Positions 1-8,661 of a DNA stretch of 64,000 nucleotides are shown piece by piece. This DNA comes from Minisyncoccia bacterium (GTDB lineage Bacteria; Patescibacteriota; Minisyncoccia; Phycocordibacterales; Phycocordibacteraceae). Position 1 is the stretch's first letter. The number at the start of each line of letters is the position of its first letter. Location: positions 1,499-65,498 of the forward strand of contig JBGPJZ010000002.1 in NCBI GenBank assembly GCA_041485695.1, written 5' to 3'. Position numbers and translations under genes: made by a program. A model generated the notes under the pieces. It searched no databases and was not told where the DNA came from. It saw nothing but the letters and a program-made list of their open reading frames with translations.

Positions 1-476
1 TTGGCGTAGACGACGGGGAAGTTTGACTGCTCATCAGTAGCACCAAGCTCCAAAAAGAGCTCGAGTACTTGCTCTTCGCAGAGTGCGGGGTTCGCCGCGG
101 GCTTATCTATCTTGTTGATGACAACGATGGGCTTGAGCCCCAGCTCAAGCGATTTCTTGAGTACGAAGCGCGTCTGCGGCATCGGCCCCTCTTGCGCGTC
201 GACGATGAGGAGTACGGAGTCGATCGAGCGGAGCACGCGCTCCACCTCGCTCCCGAAATCCGCATGCCCCGGTGTATCAACGATATTTATCTTAGTGCCC
301 TTATATTCAACTGCCGCATTCTTGGCATAAATGGTGATACCCCGCTCGAGTTCGAGCGTGTTTGAGTCCATCGAGACGCCCTCTTGCGCCGCACCTGTTT
401 GGCGCAAAATAGCATCAGTAAGCGTAGTCTTACCGTGGTCGACGTGAGCGATAATCGCAATATTCCTGATTTCCAT
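1..476 (-). CDS. typA: Translational GTPase TypA/BipA, N-terminal part (runs off window start)
   Basis: Manual minus-strand translation from ATG at 476: [28 protein letters not shown]...[17 protein letters not shown]; not in the ORF track because it is truncated. Confidence 0.92.
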   Translation of the reverse strand, partial: MEIRNIAIIAHVDHGKTTLTDAILRQTGAAQEGVSMDSNTLELERGITIYAKNAAVEYKGTKINIVDTPGHADFGSEVERVLRSIDSVLLIVDAQEGPMPQTRFVLKKSLELGLKPIVVINKIDKPAANPALCEEQVLELFLELGATDEQSNFPVVYA

Positions 477-545
477 AAGTAAGCTTTCTTTCTGCGCTCG
501 CTCGGAAAAATGAAGTACTAACTCCACTTTTCACTCATCCGCTTG
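476..545 (+). repeat. ~70-nt hairpin element related to the three tRNA leaders
   Basis: TAAGTAAGCTT..CTGCGCTCGCTC-imperfect hairpin-CCGCTTG; compare TAAGTAGGCTT..CTGCGTTCGTTC-hairpin-TCACTTG upstream of tRNA-Met. Confidence 0.5.
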
Positions 546-616
546 TTAGTAAAAAATAAATGGCCCCGTGGCCAGTAGAGATACTCTAGCACACAATCTG
601 GCTTGAGGGAATCCGC

Positions 617-1003
617 TTACCCGCCGTAATGCTCGCCCTCATCCGCTTCGGCTTCAGCCTTCGTCTTGTGGATGGTGCCGTCTTTGTGATTCGGGGGCGC
701 GTACAAAGTGTAGAGCTTCATCGGCCGCTCGCTCGAAGTGTTGATGATGTTGTGCCGCGTACCTTGGGGGATGACGACCACCGAGCCGTCGCGGAGCTCG
801 TGCTCTTCGCCATCTAAGACTGACGTGCCCTCCCCTGCCTCGACGCGGATAAACTGGTCGAGCTCATGCACCTCCTCGCCGATATCCTCATTCGGCTTCA
901 AGCTCATGACGACGAGCTGGAGCCGCGCGTCGGTATAGAGGACTTTTCTAAAATACTCATTCTCAACCGATGCCTGCTCGATATTGGTGACGAATCCTTT
1001 CAT
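617..1003 (-). CDS. Cupin domain protein
   Basis: EEVH..DQFIRVEAGEG and IPQGTRHNIIN cupin motifs. Confidence 0.88.
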   Translation of the reverse strand: MKGFVTNIEQASVENEYFRKVLYTDARLQLVVMSLKPNEDIGEEVHELDQFIRVEAGEGTSVLDGEEHELRDGSVVVIPQGTRHNIINTSSERPMKLYTLYAPPNHKDGTIHKTKAEAEADEGEHYGG

Positions 1004-1015
1004 ACCGCCATTGTA

Positions 1016-1612
1016 CTACAGGTCCTTGATGTCCCTCACGATCTCGGGGAATTTTTCAGTATGAAAATGCCCTTTATTTTTAAAGATTCGTACAAGAGCT
1101 TGCGGCAGCCCTTTTTGGTATTTCTTAACGTCTGAAATAGGCACTATTTTGTCATCTTTACTTTGGTAAAGAATTATCGTATCCGACTGCTCCGCAAACC
1201 GTTTGAGGGGTGCTATCAATACAAAATCTGCCTTTTTGTACTTTTTTCGAGTTAAAAAGGGCGCAGCGACAAGCAAGGTTGCCTTGATGGATTTCGGGTA
1301 GCGTTCCTCTGATAAGAATTTTGAAAGAAAAATTCCCCCAAGGGAATGCCCTACGAAAATGGTATCCGGCCGAAAGAAACGGAGATTGTTCTTGAACCAA
1401 ATCTTCCATTCAAGGTACTTTGCGTTCTGCGCGTTAGGCATAGGAAGCGGGACTACATCGAACTTTCGCCCGAGTTTCTTCGCAAGGCGTGACTTCCATC
1501 CTTTAAAGGCAAGCCGTTTCAAGTCAATCTTTTTCTTTTTAAGATCGCGCACATAGTCATCGTAGGAGTCAAAAATATTCCCGCCGTGTATCACCACCAC
1601 CTGTTGTTTCAT
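1016..1612 (-). CDS. Alpha/beta hydrolase, RBBP9/YdeN family
   Basis: VVIHGG, GHSLG nucleophile elbow, SKDD and GHF catalytic motifs. Confidence 0.85.
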   Translation of the reverse strand: MKQQVVVIHGGNIFDSYDDYVRDLKKKKIDLKRLAFKGWKSRLAKKLGRKFDVVPLPMPNAQNAKYLEWKIWFKNNLRFFRPDTIFVGHSLGGIFLSKFLSEERYPKSIKATLLVAAPFLTRKKYKKADFVLIAPLKRFAEQSDTIILYQSKDDKIVPISDVKKYQKGLPQALVRIFKNKGHFHTEKFPEIVRDIKDL

Positions 1613-1647
1613 TAGGGCAAGTGTAGCGCATGAGGTAGCATACGGCG

Positions 1648-1872
1648 ATGGATATCAGGGTACGGGTCAAGACGGGCGCGAGAAGGGAGTCAGTCATTGA
1701 GCTTGATGCGAAGAGTCTCCAGATAGTCGTCAAAGAGAAGCCGCAAGATAATGCGGCGAACCGCCGCGTCCTCGAGCTCGTGGCGGAGCACTACCGATGC
1801 CCGCTCAAGAACGTGCGCATCACCCGCGGCCACTCTGCGCCGCTGAAACACCTCCACTTGCAGCGGAGCTGA
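1648..1872 (+). CDS. DUF167/YggU family protein
   Basis: VRVKTGAR...VKEKPQDNAAN...ITRGHSAPLK pattern. Confidence 0.85.
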   Translation: MDIRVRVKTGARRESVIELDAKSLQIVVKEKPQDNAANRRVLELVAEHYRCPLKNVRITRGHSAPLKHLHLQRS

Positions 1873-2469
1873 TTACTGCACTTTTATGTCGGCGCCGTTA
1901 TAGAACGGCACGGTAACGGGCGGCGCGAATTTTGCCGGGTCAGGAGTCCACGGCGAGCATTTGACGTTCACCTGGCTCCATGGGTCGACGCCCCCGTAGC
2001 TTGAGACAACGCTCCCGCCCGAGCTCACATTCGCGAGTACACGCAGGCCATTGCCTCCTGACGACTTCCAGGCGTACACATAGACCCCGTCGTCAATCAT
2101 ATCTACGGCGTTCGCGAGATTCGCGCGCGCCTTCGTGCCTGAAAGGTAGAGCGTACCGGAGTGATACGGGCTTGGCGAAACGGTTGTGAACGAACACGAA
2201 TAGTTATTATCCTTAAGCGTCAGGAGGTGGACGATGCTGTCGACACTGCTCAACTTGATGTTCGCGACAGGGACAGGAACGGTTGATTTAGTCGCCGCTT
2301 TCGTACCTGACGTGCTCTTCGCCGGCGCAGAGGGCGCCGTAGTCGTCGAGGCCAGGGGGAGAGTGAGGGTGAACTGGTCGGAGCCCATCCGGTTCAGATA
2401 CCAGACGCCGATGCTAGCTACCGCGATGAGCCCGACTATCACAATAAAGAGCGTCATTTCGTTCTTCAT
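1873..2469 (-). CDS. Membrane-anchored hypothetical protein
   Basis: N-terminal TM helix, Thr/Ala/Pro linker, C-terminal domain with two Cys. Confidence 0.7.
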   Translation of the reverse strand: MKNEMTLFIVIVGLIAVASIGVWYLNRMGSDQFTLTLPLASTTTAPSAPAKSTSGTKAATKSTVPVPVANIKLSSVDSIVHLLTLKDNNYSCSFTTVSPSPYHSGTLYLSGTKARANLANAVDMIDDGVYVYAWKSSGGNGLRVLANVSSGGSVVSSYGGVDPWSQVNVKCSPWTPDPAKFAPPVTVPFYNGADIKVQ

Positions 2470-2491
2470 AGGAGTTATTACGATTGGTAAA

Positions 2492-3256
2492 TCATGCTGC
2501 GAGCCAGCCGCCGTCTACATAGAGCGTCGAGCCAGTGATATAGCTCGCTTCTTCAGACGCAAGGAACACGACTGCGGCCGATACCTCTTCGGGCCTCCCG
2601 ATGCGCTTAAGCGGGACCCGAAGATTAATCTCGTCGGCAGTTTCTGGCATCAGATCTTTACCCGGTTCACGCACCATCGGCGTATCAATCGCCCCCGGAG
2701 CTATCACATTGACCGTGATCCCGTACTGCGCCCATTCATCAGCAAGCGACTCTGTCATCCCGACGATACCGCCCTTTGATGCCGCGTAATGAGTGGCTCC
2801 CATAAATCCGATACCGAGCCCGCCCGAAGCAATCGAAGAGATGTTGATGATGCGACCCCACTTATTTTTTAACATCTCCTTCGCGGCACGTTGGGCGCAG
2901 AGGAATTGCCCTTTGAGATTGATATGGATGGTGCGCTCCCACTCCTCTTCAGTAAGTTCGAGTGCAGGTTTCGGTTCGTAAATGCCCGCGTTGTTAACCA
3001 AGATATCAAGCCGTTCGAAGTTCTCCACTGTTTCATCGAACATTGCTTTGATCTGCAATGCATCGGTGACATCCATAGCAAAGCCGATCGCCTCGCCGCC
3101 CGCGGCCTTGATTTCTGCAACAACCTCCGCGCAGTCGTTCGCTCTATTGGTCGCCACAACCTTCGCACCCTGTTTCGCGAGCGCGAGCGCGTGCGCCTTG
3201 CCCATCCCGCGGCGGGCGCCGGTGACGAGCGCTACTTTGCCAGTGAGGTCGAACAT
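2492..3256 (-). CDS. SDR family oxidoreductase (FabG-like)
   Basis: TGARRGMG, NNAG, YAASK, VDGG motifs. Confidence 0.92.
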   Translation of the reverse strand: MFDLTGKVALVTGARRGMGKAHALALAKQGAKVVATNRANDCAEVVAEIKAAGGEAIGFAMDVTDALQIKAMFDETVENFERLDILVNNAGIYEPKPALELTEEEWERTIHINLKGQFLCAQRAAKEMLKNKWGRIINISSIASGGLGIGFMGATHYAASKGGIVGMTESLADEWAQYGITVNVIAPGAIDTPMVREPGKDLMPETADEINLRVPLKRIGRPEEVSAAVVFLASEEASYITGSTLYVDGGWLAA

Positions 3257-3519
3257 CAGCGCTTGTGCACCCGATTCCAGATCATCGCAAAGGCGTAGCC
3301 CGCGATGTAGCCGACGATAGCGGTAACGATGATGAGTGAGACTGCTGTCCCGAAATCAAAGGGCCCCACCGTAAGTGAAAGGTGAATCATGTGGACGCGA
3401 AGGATGAAGGCGAGGAGCCCCTGCCCCCACCCGAGTAGAACTAAGACCGACCAAACGAGATGCCAAAGGCCAAGCAAAGCGCCGAGCGCTACGCCTGCCT
3501 TCATAGGATTAATGTGCAT
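3256..3519 (-). CDS. Small membrane protein
   Basis: Two to three hydrophobic helices; stop overlaps SDR start. Confidence 0.7.
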   Translation of the reverse strand: MHINPMKAGVALGALLGLWHLVWSVLVLLGWGQGLLAFILRVHMIHLSLTVGPFDFGTAVSLIIVTAIVGYIAGYAFAMIWNRVHKR

Positions 3520-3574
3520 GAGAATCAGCTAAGCGAGTAACCCCTTTAGTATACCTCCTCCGAGTACGGCCCTT

Positions 3575-4081
3575 TTAGATATCCTTGAATGACGGGTTGT
3601 TTATGTAGTCGGCCTTGCTTATCGGTATGCCGTTCTTACGGACAAGCGCGTAGGCGGTCACGAAATGAAAGAAGAAGTTCGGCACGCTGAACTCACGTAC
3701 GTATTCGAAGCCAGTGAAGACCCTATTCGGGAAGTAGGGCATCGTAATTTTTCGCTCGCTCGCACCCGCGAAACTTTCGAGGGTGACTGTCGAAAGAAAG
3801 GCGAGCGTCTTGTCGATGCGCGCCTGAAGCTCTGCAATCGTCTTTTCGGTGTCCTCGAACTTCGGCGCTTCAGTGCCCGAGAGGCGCGCCGCGGCGCCCT
3901 TAGCGTTGTCGCACGCGATCTGCACCTGCCTCGCAAGCGGATACATATCAGGCGCAAGGCGGTCATTGAGGAGCATCGACTCATCGATGCCGTGCTCGCT
4001 CGCCTTCTGGAGTACGTTCTTTAACCCTCCGAGACTTCTCGCGAAAATAGGGATGGTGAAATCATAGATGCTTTTATCCAT
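3575..4081 (-). CDS. DUF1993 family (DinB-like) protein
   Basis: RLAPDMYPLARQVQIACDNAK and PNFFFHFVTAYAL motifs; start taken at MDKSIYDF. Confidence 0.88.
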   Translation of the reverse strand: MDKSIYDFTIPIFARSLGGLKNVLQKASEHGIDESMLLNDRLAPDMYPLARQVQIACDNAKGAAARLSGTEAPKFEDTEKTIAELQARIDKTLAFLSTVTLESFAGASERKITMPYFPNRVFTGFEYVREFSVPNFFFHFVTAYALVRKNGIPISKADYINNPSFKDI

Positions 4082-4181
4082 AGATAAAATATTGCGTTGA
4101 TAGCCTGCGGAGTGTATCACGCGGGCTCTGAACGCAACTGGGGATAGCTTATATCTTTTCGACGACGATAGGTGCCTCGAG

Positions 4182-4252
4182 CTGCCAGACTTGGATTCGA
4201 ACCAAGATACCGAGATTCAGAGTCTCGGGTCCTACCATTAGACGATCTGGCA
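4182..4252 (-). tRNA. tRNA-Gln(CTG), CCA not encoded
   Basis: TGCCAGA/TCTGGCA acceptor stem, CGAGA-CTCTGAA-TCTCG anticodon arm, GTTCGAATC T-loop. Confidence 0.93.
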
Positions 4253-4253
4253 A

Positions 4254-4279
4254 TAGTGGCGTGCAGGAGCACGCCACTA
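4254..4279. terminator. Perfect 11-bp hairpin between the 4315-5115 gene and tRNA-Gln
   Basis: TAGTGGCGTGC-AGGA-GCACGCCACTA; no clear U-tract, so the role is uncertain. Confidence 0.4.
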
Positions 4280-4314
4280 CATTGACGATACGAGAAAAAC
4301 GCTAAAGAGACAAG

Positions 4315-5115
4315 TTACTGCGTTTGCGCGCTCGATGACGCGTTCTGGTTCGCGCGGACGCCTGCCGCGGCGCCCTTAAGGCCCGAGATGATGGCCGCGA
4401 TATCCTGGCGAGCCGCATTGAGGTCTTTGATGGCGAGCTTAATCTTCGACTGCGCATCCTTGAGCGCGGCGCGGTTACTTGCAGCGATCTTCGCGTCGCC
4501 ATTATCCGGCTGGAGCGCCGCGACGACTCCGACGGCGGCCGATGCCTGCGTGTTCGCGTCGGTCACCTTCGCCTTGAGGTCGGTATCGGCGGCGATAAGC
4601 GCCGTCGTGTCGCCGGTCGATGAGGCGATACGCATCGCAAGCTTCCCTTCCAGCACTGCCATCTGCTGCACGGTAGTGACCGAGCGGTCAGCGGCGGCGA
4701 TGACATGGATCTGCGGCAGGAGGAGCGCGTAGACGCGGTACGATTTCGTTATCGACTGTACGTCCGACTTAAGGTCAGCAAGGACGGAGTCGGCATCAAT
4801 CTTGGCCTTGAGCGCGGTCAAGGTCGTGATTTCGGCCGAAACGGTCGACTGGAGGTTTGCCTTATCAGTATCGTTCACTTTCTTCATTTCACCGATGCGC
4901 CCGAGTACCTCATTGAGGTTCGTGGTGCGGCGATCGATTTCTTGGTCTCCGCGTGCCTTCGCCTTTGTCTCGAAGGTTGCGCTGGCCTGACCAGAGACGG
5001 CGGTGCCACCCGGAGTCGTAACAGTAGTAGTTACGGCAGCGCCCGTGTCCTGCGCAAGCGCGAGCATGGGGAGAGCAAGGAGGCCGAACGTAAGCAGGAT
5101 GGTGGATGATTTCAT
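4315..5115 (-). CDS. Secreted helical/coiled-coil hypothetical protein
   Basis: Signal peptide MKSSTILLTFGLLALPMLALA; Ala/Lys-rich helical body. Confidence 0.75.
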   Translation of the reverse strand: MKSSTILLTFGLLALPMLALAQDTGAAVTTTVTTPGGTAVSGQASATFETKAKARGDQEIDRRTTNLNEVLGRIGEMKKVNDTDKANLQSTVSAEITTLTALKAKIDADSVLADLKSDVQSITKSYRVYALLLPQIHVIAAADRSVTTVQQMAVLEGKLAMRIASSTGDTTALIAADTDLKAKVTDANTQASAAVGVVAALQPDNGDAKIAASNRAALKDAQSKIKLAIKDLNAARQDIAAIISGLKGAAAGVRANQNASSSAQTQ

Positions 5116-5134
5116 AGCATCAATGGTGAGTGGA

Positions 5135-5398
5135 TTAATAAGTCTGCGAAACCGGCTGATCATTGAGGCTTGCATCCAAGCTTGCGCTGTCGGAGGTGAG
5201 TCCTGACATCTGTGCATCGATTGCTGCTGCATCTTGCGCTACTCCGGCGTCTGATGTATCGGGAGCCGCATTCGTATTCTGGCTCGTGGTCGGTGGCGCG
5301 CCCGCAGGTGCGGCTCCTTGATGGGTATACCAATAATATGCGCCGCCAAGGATGACGATGGCAGCGACGATCCACGTGATGATTGTGCTCTTTGACAT
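5135..5398 (-). CDS. Small membrane-anchored hypothetical protein
   Basis: N-terminal TM, low-complexity tail; co-oriented with 4315-5115. Confidence 0.7.
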   Translation of the reverse strand: MSKSTIITWIVAAIVILGGAYYWYTHQGAAPAGAPPTTSQNTNAAPDTSDAGVAQDAAAIDAQMSGLTSDSASLDASLNDQPVSQTY

Positions 5399-5457
5399 AA
5401 AAATGATGAGGTTAAATAATGGCGAGCTCTGGGGAGAGTATACTATGAGAGTAAAAT

Positions 5458-6201
5458 ATGCTCCACGGCTCCCACCAGATACGAAGCGGCCGCCATCCGG
5501 GTAGGGCTTGGCGCAGGCGGCTGACGCACTCGTGGGCCATTATGGCGGTCATTCTCGCACCGCTGGCCGTGCTCGGGGTCTCGGGCTCCTTGGTCGGCAT
5601 CGACTGGATGGTGCTTGGCAAGGCCCTTGCGCTCTCATTCTTCTGCCTTATAGCGGCCTATGCCATCTCTCTCGTCATTGGAGTGAGCGTTGCTCTCCTT
5701 ATCGGGTGGAGCCCTTACACGAACGCCTTCCTCCCTTTCTTAGACGTCCTTCAGAACGTGCCCTCGTTCGCCCTCATACCGGTGTTCATCCTTCTTATGG
5801 GCTACACCATCCCGATGATTATCGTCTTTACGGCGACCTCAATCGTCTGGCCAATCCTCTTTTATGTCCTTTCCGCGATTCGTGCCGCCCATGAAGATCT
5901 AAACGATGCAGCGACGGTCTTCGGCGCACTCGGGCTGAAACGACTCCTCTACTATCTCATCCCGCTCTCGATCCCCGCCATCCTCACGGGTTCGATCGTC
6001 GGCATCTCGATCGGCTGGGAGGCCATCATCGGCGTCGAGATCATCGGGCACACGGGGGGTATCGGCACCTTTTTAAACTCGGCGCATAACAACCTGACGC
6101 TTATGGTCGGCATCGTCGCCATCCTTACGCTCGTCTTTATCATCAACCGGCTGGTATGGACCCCTCTTATTTCAAGTAATGCGCGCCACTATGCAGAGTG
6201 A
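5458..6201 (+). CDS. ABC transporter permease, NitT/TauT type
   Basis: LQNVPSFALIP and DLNDAATVFGA (EAA-like) motifs; about 6 TM. Confidence 0.85.
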   Translation: MLHGSHQIRSGRHPGRAWRRRLTHSWAIMAVILAPLAVLGVSGSLVGIDWMVLGKALALSFFCLIAAYAISLVIGVSVALLIGWSPYTNAFLPFLDVLQNVPSFALIPVFILLMGYTIPMIIVFTATSIVWPILFYVLSAIRAAHEDLNDAATVFGALGLKRLLYYLIPLSIPAILTGSIVGISIGWEAIIGVEIIGHTGGIGTFLNSAHNNLTLMVGIVAILTLVFIINRLVWTPLISSNARHYAE

Positions 6202-6973
6202 TCCCCTCGGCCGTAGCACTACGGGCGAGGCGACTGTCGCACTCGCGCTCTCGCGGGTCTCGGCGCGCTTCCCTGACGATCACGACCACCACGGCTTTGT
6301 CTTGCGTGATATTTCCATTTCGATTGAGCGAGGGTCGTTCGTCTCTGTGGCCGGCCCGTCGGGCTCGGGGAAATCGACACTCATGCGTGTCATTTTAGGC
6401 CTCATGCCCCACGCGAGCGGCGAGGTGGTGCGCGCGTTCAAGCGGCCAGCGATGATATTCCAAAATTACGCCCTCTTTCCCTGGCTCACCGCCCTTGAAA
6501 ACGTCGCGTTCGGCCCTAAGATGCGCGGGACTAGGAAGAATAACCGCCTCAAGCTCGCACGTGAGAAACTTAACGAAGTCGGTCTTGAACATCTTGAGAG
6601 CCGCTACCCGGCCGAGCTCTCGGGCGGCCAGCGCCAGAGGGTCTCCGTCGCTCGCGCCCTGGCCGAGAACCCAGACTTTCTCGTCATGGACGAACCCTTT
6701 TCAAATCTCGATACGATAACTGCAGAGGAATTAAAGAAAGATATCCTGCGGATTTGGCGGCAGTACGGCATGACCATCCTCATGGTGAATCACCTGATTC
6801 CCGACGCAATCGAGCTCTCAGACAAGATTGTAGTAATGTCGGCCTCTCCTGGAGAAATTAAGAAAACCATCGTCGTCGACCTATCGCGCCCGCGCGATCC
6901 GCGCGATCCGCGATTCTTTAAATACGTCGATCTCCTCACCGCAGAATTGCGCGACCTTATGCACACTGCTTGA
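6191..6973 (+). CDS. ABC transporter ATP-binding protein, NitT/TauT type
   Basis: GPSGSGKST, FQNYALFPW, LSGGQ, DEPF. Confidence 0.9.
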   Translation: MQSDPLGRSTTGEATVALALSRVSARFPDDHDHHGFVLRDISISIERGSFVSVAGPSGSGKSTLMRVILGLMPHASGEVVRAFKRPAMIFQNYALFPWLTALENVAFGPKMRGTRKNNRLKLAREKLNEVGLEHLESRYPAELSGGQRQRVSVARALAENPDFLVMDEPFSNLDTITAEELKKDILRIWRQYGMTILMVNHLIPDAIELSDKIVVMSASPGEIKKTIVVDLSRPRDPRDPRFFKYVDLLTAELRDLMHTA

Positions 6974-7007
6974 TAGCGGCTGTTCTGCTATACTGCCCCA
7001 GACTTTT

Positions 7008-7781
7008 ATGGCGAATGCATTAACCATTACGAACCTTAGGAAGCGCTATGCGGCCCAGGGCGGCCAGGGTGGTACCGAAGCGCTAAAAGGCGTTTCTCTC
7101 ACTGTCCCGCAAGGCGACTTTTTCGCGCTCTTGGGGCCAAATGGAGCTGGCAAGACCACTCTTATCGGAGTCGTAACGGGCCTCGTCAATAAAACTGACG
7201 GTAAAGTGAAGGTATTCGACATAGACATCGACACAGAACCAGAGGAGGCCCGCACCATGATTGGTGTGTGCGGGCAGGAGATAAACTTCAACCCGTTCGA
7301 GAAGCCTATCGACATTCTCGTCAACCAGGCTGGGTACTATGGCATCCCGCGCAAGATTGCTCTCCCTCGTGCCGAAAAACTTCTCACGGATCTTGGTCTC
7401 GGCGAAAAAAGGAACCAGACCGGGCTTAAACTTTCAGGCGGGATGAAGCGCCGCCTCATGATTGCACGCGCTTTGATACATGAACCGAAGTTTCTCATTC
7501 TCGATGAGCCCACGGCTGGCGTTGACGTTGAGCTCCGCCGAAGCATGTGGGAGTACCTCACCACGCTTACGCGTGCGGGTATTACCATCCTCCTCACCAC
7601 CCACTACCTTGAGGAGGCGGAGCAGCTCGCGAAGCACGTCGCAATCATCAATAAGGGCGAAATCGTGGCAAACGGCACCATGGACGAAGTGCTGGCCCTC
7701 CATAGCGGCGCTCCCTCAAAAGACGGCTATCGCGGCGGCAAGCTTGAAGAAGTGTTCGTGCAGCTCACCAGCACTACCTGA
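7008..7781 (+). CDS. ABC-2 transporter ATP-binding protein (YadG-like)
   Basis: GPNGAGKTT, LSGGMKRRL, DEPTAGVDVELRR. Confidence 0.9.
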   Translation: MANALTITNLRKRYAAQGGQGGTEALKGVSLTVPQGDFFALLGPNGAGKTTLIGVVTGLVNKTDGKVKVFDIDIDTEPEEARTMIGVCGQEINFNPFEKPIDILVNQAGYYGIPRKIALPRAEKLLTDLGLGEKRNQTGLKLSGGMKRRLMIARALIHEPKFLILDEPTAGVDVELRRSMWEYLTTLTRAGITILLTTHYLEEAEQLAKHVAIINKGEIVANGTMDEVLALHSGAPSKDGYRGGKLEEVFVQLTSTT

Positions 7782-7782
7782 T

Positions 7783-8559
7783 ATGCCTTTTGATAAACAA
7801 TTCGTCTCGTACTACACCATTCTCCGCAAAGGTATCGTGCGCATATTCCGCATCTGGCCGCAGACGCTTTTGCCCTCACTCATGACCTCCGTCCTCTACT
7901 TTGCGGTGTTTGGTTCTATCTTAGGTTCTCGCATCGGGCTCATCGGCGGCGTCCCGTACATCCTCTTTGTGGTGCCTGGCCTTGTGATGCTCTCCGTCAT
8001 CACGAACGCTTACGCCGATGTAGCAACCACATTCTTCACGTCGAAATTCTTCTCACGCAACATCGACGAGATTCTCGTCTCCCCTACCCCGCCGTGGATC
8101 ATCATCGCGGGATTCGTCTCAAGCGGCGTGGTGCGCGGCGTTATTGTCGGTTGCCTCGTCCTCCTCGTCTCGCTCTTCTTTGCGCTCCCTTCGGTCGCGC
8201 ACCCTTTCATCGTCTTCCTTTTCTTGGTGCTCTCGAGCCTTGTTTTTGCGCTTGGCGGGCTCATCAACGGCATCTATGCAAAAGGCTTCGATGGTATCTC
8301 TATCGTCCCTACCTTCGTGCTTACCCCGCTCGTCTACCTGGGCGGCGTGTTCTACTCCATAAAATCGCTCCCGCCGATGTGGCAACAAGTGAGCGCCTTA
8401 AACCCCGTCTTCTACATCATCAACGGCTTTCGCTACGGATTCTTGGGCTTCGCCGACGTCTCGGTCATCACCTGTTTTCTCGTACTCTTCACGCTCGCGC
8501 TTATCCTCCTTGGCATCAACTGGTACTTCCTCCAAAAGGGCCTCGGCCTAAAGCAATAA
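7783..8559 (+). CDS. ABC-2 transporter permease (YadH-like)
   Basis: Start MPFDKQ at 7783; RIWPQTLLP, FVVPGLVM, NPVFYIINGFRYGF. Confidence 0.9.
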   Translation: MPFDKQFVSYYTILRKGIVRIFRIWPQTLLPSLMTSVLYFAVFGSILGSRIGLIGGVPYILFVVPGLVMLSVITNAYADVATTFFTSKFFSRNIDEILVSPTPPWIIIAGFVSSGVVRGVIVGCLVLLVSLFFALPSVAHPFIVFLFLVLSSLVFALGGLINGIYAKGFDGISIVPTFVLTPLVYLGGVFYSIKSLPPMWQQVSALNPVFYIINGFRYGFLGFADVSVITCFLVLFTLALILLGINWYFLQKGLGLKQ

Positions 8560-8661
8560 AAAGAAAGGAGGCACCGCCGCTTATGCGACGAACCTCCCGA
8601 AACTTACCTAACCTGAATCGAACTATAGGTAAGAAATCAAACCCGCTAGCTTTCGGGCAGA

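Noticed and set aside
69-365. Plus-strand ORFs of 98 and 72 aa
   Set aside because: Antisense shadows of the minus-strand typA frame
7050-7073. GCGGCCCAGGGCGGCCAGGG short tandem duplication in the ABC ATPase
   Set aside because: Tiny loop expansion with no similarity to the other elements
7480-7782. N-terminal extension of the 359-aa permease ORF
   Set aside because: Overlaps the upstream ATPase; start at 7783 fits the family
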